The notes beneath the pieces were generated by a model. That model had not been told where the DNA came from and ran no database searches. It saw only the letters and a list, made by a program, of their open reading frames with translations. A stretch of 64,000 bases of DNA from Neoechinorhynchus agilis (lineage: Eukaryota; Animalia; Acanthocephala). Position numbers and translations under genes: made by a program. Within the stretch, counting starts at the first letter, position 1. Each line of letters opens with the position of its first letter. The stretch covers positions 2,762,797 to 2,826,796 of the forward strand of contig CM121342.1 in the NCBI GenBank assembly GCA_051530055.1, read 5' to 3'. Positions 59,514 through 64,000 of the stretch are shown piece after piece.

Positions 59514-61131
59514 GTCATTTTAACGTGTCTCTTTACGAAAATTTGCCTCTTTTTGTATTAACACTTTTTGTTTTGGTCAACGCGAATTTGTTATTTCGTC
59601 CTTTACGTGAAACTTCTTCAAAAATGTCAATCGACTCCGATATATATTGTTTTTTAGACTTTTTGTTTGAATACACACTAAGCCCAGAAAAAACAACCTA
59701 TTTAAAAACTTTATCCCTTCGAGTTTTCCCGCAGATCTTAAAGTGCACACTAAGTATGTATGAATATTTTACGGTGAAAAAAAAGAATTGCATTTAATTT
59801 GCTTTATGCTCTTAAACTATTGAGAAAATGCCAATTTATTTCTTGGTTGTTTCATGGCGACACTTTAATAATCTTGATGAAGGCGTACAAAATTGTGTCG
59901 AAATCAGTCAGATTTTAAAATAAAATCATTTTAATTACCAGAACCGCTTTATGAACAGCCTTCCATGTACTACACAAATTGCTTTTATATATTCTTAATC
60001 GTTCAATCTCTTCGCTCGAATAAATTTGAATTTATTGCAAGCTTTAGTCTCGTCGTCGTCGCCGTCGTTGGCCCCCCTTGGATTCGAGGATTCATCAGGG
60101 TCTTCATCCATGTCGTCTTAATGCATTTTGTGTTCGGAACTTTCTCAGACATTGGGACACTGGATTGCTCTTAATCTTTTTTCCTTCTTTCTTCAGTTTT
60201 ACTTTCCAACAATGTTCTTTAACCGACTTTGTTGGTTCGGCGGTACCCATGTATATTTCTCGACTTATCCTGGGGATGATCTTCTTTGCCATGCTCTCCA
60301 TTCACAAAAGAATACGGGATGAAAACCTTAAGCTCCTTCGAGTGTTACTGAGATTTTTTGGCGCGATTCCAGACCCGATTGTTTGATCTTGGAAATCCAC
60401 AGGGTGCATGGCAAAACTACAATTTAAGACGACGGCGAGCAACTGACGGTTGTGGTGGTCAGCGGAATCTCAGTCTCGGCTGATTGTGGAACACCGTTGA
60501 GGACAGTTTTCGACTAGTGGAGTCGGGGTTCTATTTCTTACCCTTTTTGTCTGAATAACGTGGCGATTGATTCGGCGAATAATTACTAAAGAACTCTGAA
60601 TCTTACTTTTTTTTAACGACTCAAAGTGCAAGATGTTTTGAAAATGTTTGTAGATAGAACAAAATTTTAGAAAAAAATAGTATAAACGCATTTAAGTGAT
60701 ATTTTTAAATTCTGCGTTTTCATTAAAGCGCAATTCGATTTGTAATGTTGATCATCAAAGTGTTGATACTCACATTCAGGTATCACTTGTGGATTTCCGG
60801 CTTAATTGAAGAACCGTCCTGGTAATCTATTCGTCTATTTCTCTTGATGAATAGATTTCCTTTACATGCTCCCCGACCTTTTCTACACTAACATAAGTTA
60901 TCCGGTTCAATACCCACTCGATGCAGTCTTTTCCAACGAGCGTCACTACACATTCGAATCGCTTTCGCTGCCACCACCATCAACACAGCAGCCATCAAAT
61001 GATTGCAAGTAGAGATGCATGTAGACGAATAAAGTATTTTAATGTTTCTCAATCGATCTGTTGCTGGCGGGAACCATCTCTTCTTGTCTGTCATAAACTG
61101 CAACAGCTTTAGTGCACTGAGCGAAGACTGT

Positions 61132-62950
61132 ATGCCGTTTTCAAAATCTTTGATTGAACATGTTATCATTACACGGCTAAGAGACAATGACAATAAACCC
61201 CAATTCGTCTATTGTCAACCGAATGAACATTCGATTCCACTACCCAATGATCTCGTCTATTTTTGCCATCCAACTATGAAAGCAACCACTAATACGAGCT
61301 TTGCGTTTACAACAACCGATAAAGACAGTGGAATCGTTTGCTATGCTGTCTGCCAAATATTCGATTTTTATCGGAATCAGTACACGGTGTGCACTTTATC
61401 ACTCTTTCCTTTCATTAGTCAAATCAGAAAGTGCCTCATGGGCTTTAAAGCAATCGTAAACAATTTAGGACAGGGCGAGGAATTGCTCGAAAAACTTTGC
61501 GAAAACGGTGATGGCTTCAAAGACGATGCCGTCGTGCTCATCTCATGGATTCTTGATCAGGCCGTGGACGTAAAAATATTTTGGTGCCCCAAAACTGAAA
61601 TTTTTATGAATTTTAGAGCTATTTGCATTAAAAAAATGGAAGGTACGAAGGCATTTGAGATTTATTCGAAAATTTTATTATCTGAACCATTCTTTAAGAA
61701 AAAGCCCCTTGTTTTACTCTCATTATTAATCCCCAGGCATCCTGGACTAGAAAAATGCTTCCATGGATGGAGGACTTTCAATGCAGTAATTGAGAATTAA
61801 GGTCGGATGCCTTTCTTTACACGGCCAAATGGTCTTTGGGGATCTAAAACGTTAATTCATACGATTTTACTATTATTTCGAATTTACCTTACCATAAAAA
61901 AGATAATAAAGCAGTAGAGAGTTTTGGAACACTATTTTAGCATGCACTAATTTCAAACCTGTAGAACACTCGCGCAGACACTTAAAGAACTCATGACACT
62001 TGCACGAATGGCTCGTCGATTTGACAAAATTACCAGCTCCCGTTCCAGGAAAGATCGGCATAAACGTTATTTTGCAATCGAAATGTGTAAAATCATCGGA
62101 AATACTTCTCGCCTTACCCGATGCTACAAGACTGCCACTTGTGGACATTCCTCTTACACTACTCGTCGAACTTTTGGGGCCTGACCTTTTAATCCGAGTA
62201 TTTACATTAATTCTACTTGAACAAAAAGTCGTGGTTCAATCAAAGGACTACAACGCTCTCACAATGTCTGTTATTGGTCTCGTCCATCTTCTATATCCGC
62301 TTCAATACATGTTTCCAGTGATCCCATTACTTCCGAAATCTTTACCGTCCTCAGAACAACTTCTATTGGCGCCTACCCCTTATCTCATTGGAGTTGGAGA
62401 GGGATTCTTTAACTTGGGGCAAAGTATTAAACAACTGCCTCGAGATATATGGTTTGTGGAACTTGACAATGGAAAGGTTAGTATATATTGGAGAAATTTT
62501 GTGCAAGCTAAAGATTTAGTTGACTTGTCTAAGTGACCAACCAGTACCTAATCTACCGGCAGAGCAAATGGGATTCCTCAAAACGAAATTCGATTCTGTT
62601 CGTTAATTTTTTCTTATTGTTATCTTGACACAAAAATTTACAGGTTTATGGACAACTGAGAGACGCAAAGGATACCGATTCGCAGACATTGGACTCTCTG
62701 GATGTAGAATTGAGATCGGCTATTGTTAAACTTTATGATTCCGATAATCTTTTACTGAACATCGGCGAACACGCCCGCACACTTCGTCTTTATCCTCGTC
62801 CAGTTGTCGTCTTGCAGAAAGACAATTTTCTTAAATCGCGAATATTCAAGACGGAGTTCGTGAATTGGTTGGTCCAAACTCAAGCTATTGAGTATTATGC
62901 CGAGTGGCTACTTTGTCCTAATGATATGGCATTTTCAAGAATCCAAACAG
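61132..62950 (+). CDS. MADD: MAP kinase-activating death domain protein / Rab3 GEF (DENN module), 5' exons; gene continues beyond
   Basis: uDENN PLPNDLVYFCHP..SFAFTTTDKDSG; cDENN LVDIPLTLLVELLG..VQSKDYNALTMSV..YMFPVIPLLP..EQLLLAPTPYLIGV; dDENN RTLRLYPRPVV..TQAIEYYAEW. A donor cag|gtatgt lies at 62951. Confidence 0.92.
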
Positions 62951-63721
62951 GTATGTGCCACTTTCCCAAATTAGGAATCTCCTTTTTTTAATCACTTTCT
63001 GATTTTTTACATTTTCGCTTTTATAAATGTTCCGTTTTTAATAAAATTTTAGAAATTCAGAATCTTGTATTGGCAGAATTATTTCTCACGTTAGAATCAA
63101 GACTTAATTTTGGTTTTATGTATAATTTAGGATCTCAATGTACTTAAATATTTAAATCGTTGCAGTGGTACTAACGAATAGTTTTGTTGGTTTTTCAAAT
63201 GACATTTACGATCCACAATGATTCGTCTTTGAATTTATGAAAGATACTTTATAAAAATTGTTTAATATATAAGTGGTTCCGTGTAAATTTCATTTTTTGT
63301 CTCTAGGCAGTAATCTTTTACCTCGAAAATAATCCCTCGTGTCGAGTTAGCTTAAATACAAATGGATTTAGTTCATCTTCCGACAAATTAAAAAATTCGT
63401 GAATGTATTTTTTCTCTCCAAAAACACAAAATCTAAGTCATAAATTTATTTTGGTACTCTCTTCAATGTTTTCCCTGACGTTTTACTGTATGATTTCTTA
63501 TCGTCTTCGTGTCAATTAAAAAGGGAAACATTCGCGCCTCTTTACATGTGCATTGAACTGATGAAAGGGAATTATACTTCATCGGATCAATCTACTTAAT
63601 AGTTAAATTAGAAATGCGGTGTTTCCTCGCGAAATATCTCGATTCAATAAAATATTCTCTAGTTAAAGATAAAATCCATGAGTATGTGGCGGTAGGGAAC
63701 GTCGTAAATACTTGCAAACAA

Positions 63722-63768
63722 TAATTGACTGAAGAAGTCCATTTTGATTGGACGAAATATTTCAATTA
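63722..63768 (+). ncRNA. Well-formed minimal type-I hammerhead-like motif, family D, in presumed MADD intron
   Basis: UAAUUGA-CUGAAGA-a-GUCCA-uuuugau-UGGAC-GAAA-U-AUU-UCAAUUA. Helix I is a perfect 7 bp, helix II a perfect 5 bp, and helix III is palindromic AUAU. Confidence 0.75.
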
Positions 63769-64000
63769 AAGTCAGTCTTTGATATATAATTTTTTCCCAC
63801 CGCCACAAATATTTTATATCTGGGAGTCACTAAGGAATTTTTTTCTAAGTAACAAACAAGGTTTATAATTGGAAATTCATCGGTATTCGCACAAGAATTT
63901 TTCGTTTTATCAATATGAGTTCGATCGAATATCTACTGCGACTGAATTTGTCTTAAATGGATGAATTCTTTTTGTCAAAAATTCAATTTGACGATATTCA

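Noticed and set aside
60040-60480. Minus-strand ORF with CLRKFRTQNALRRH, resembling a C2H2 finger, plus an acidic frame
   Set aside because: The first Cys and the last His are missing, and I could not build a consistent exon model. It may be a gene but is unsupported.
63555-63595. CUGAUGA followed by a short hairpin
   Set aside because: No GAAA after the stem, so the core is incomplete.
1-64000. CRISPR arrays, rRNA, tRNA genes, prokaryotic operons; naming the host species
   Set aside because: No regularly spaced short repeats or structural RNA signatures were seen. Gene structure is eukaryotic, and the sequence alone does not let me assign a taxon beyond a probable invertebrate animal.

Overview
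AT-rich eukaryotic (invertebrate metazoan-like) genomic DNA with very small introns (about 45-60 nt). No prokaryotic features, rRNA, tRNA or CRISPR were seen. Host genes: a Lys/Ser/Glu-rich protein gene (3 copies); LRRC74-like LRR/EF-hand, divergent FOXO-like and small secreted-peptide genes (2 copies each, in a >=9 kb inverted duplication); SURF2 and ALG14 in its spacer; intronless PKA-catalytic-like and calcineurin-B-like genes; an SDS22-type LRR gene; a 574-aa tandem-repeat low-complexity ORF; NDUFB8; and the 5' part of MADD. Mobile DNA: three diverged CRE-like RLE non-LTR retrotransposons plus fragments, a complete but dead Mag-type Ty3/Gypsy element (120-bp LTRs, GTTCT TSD) nested in one of them, two further Gypsy relics, a LINE ORF1 relic and a hAT relic. 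Three things stand out. (1) Seven motifs from four unrelated sequence families fit minimal type-I hammerhead ribozymes with covarying palindromic helix III (ACGU/AUAU/AAUU), with no Penelope ORF in the window. (2) A 3.35-kb circularly permuted copy of a host segment is bounded by a TTC microhomology and closes at a head-to-head hammerhead hairpin. (3) Two inverted duplications have breakpoints abutting CRE-like sequence. All calls come from manual reading and recalled family motifs; no database search was run. Haplotype or assembly artefacts cannot be excluded for the duplications.
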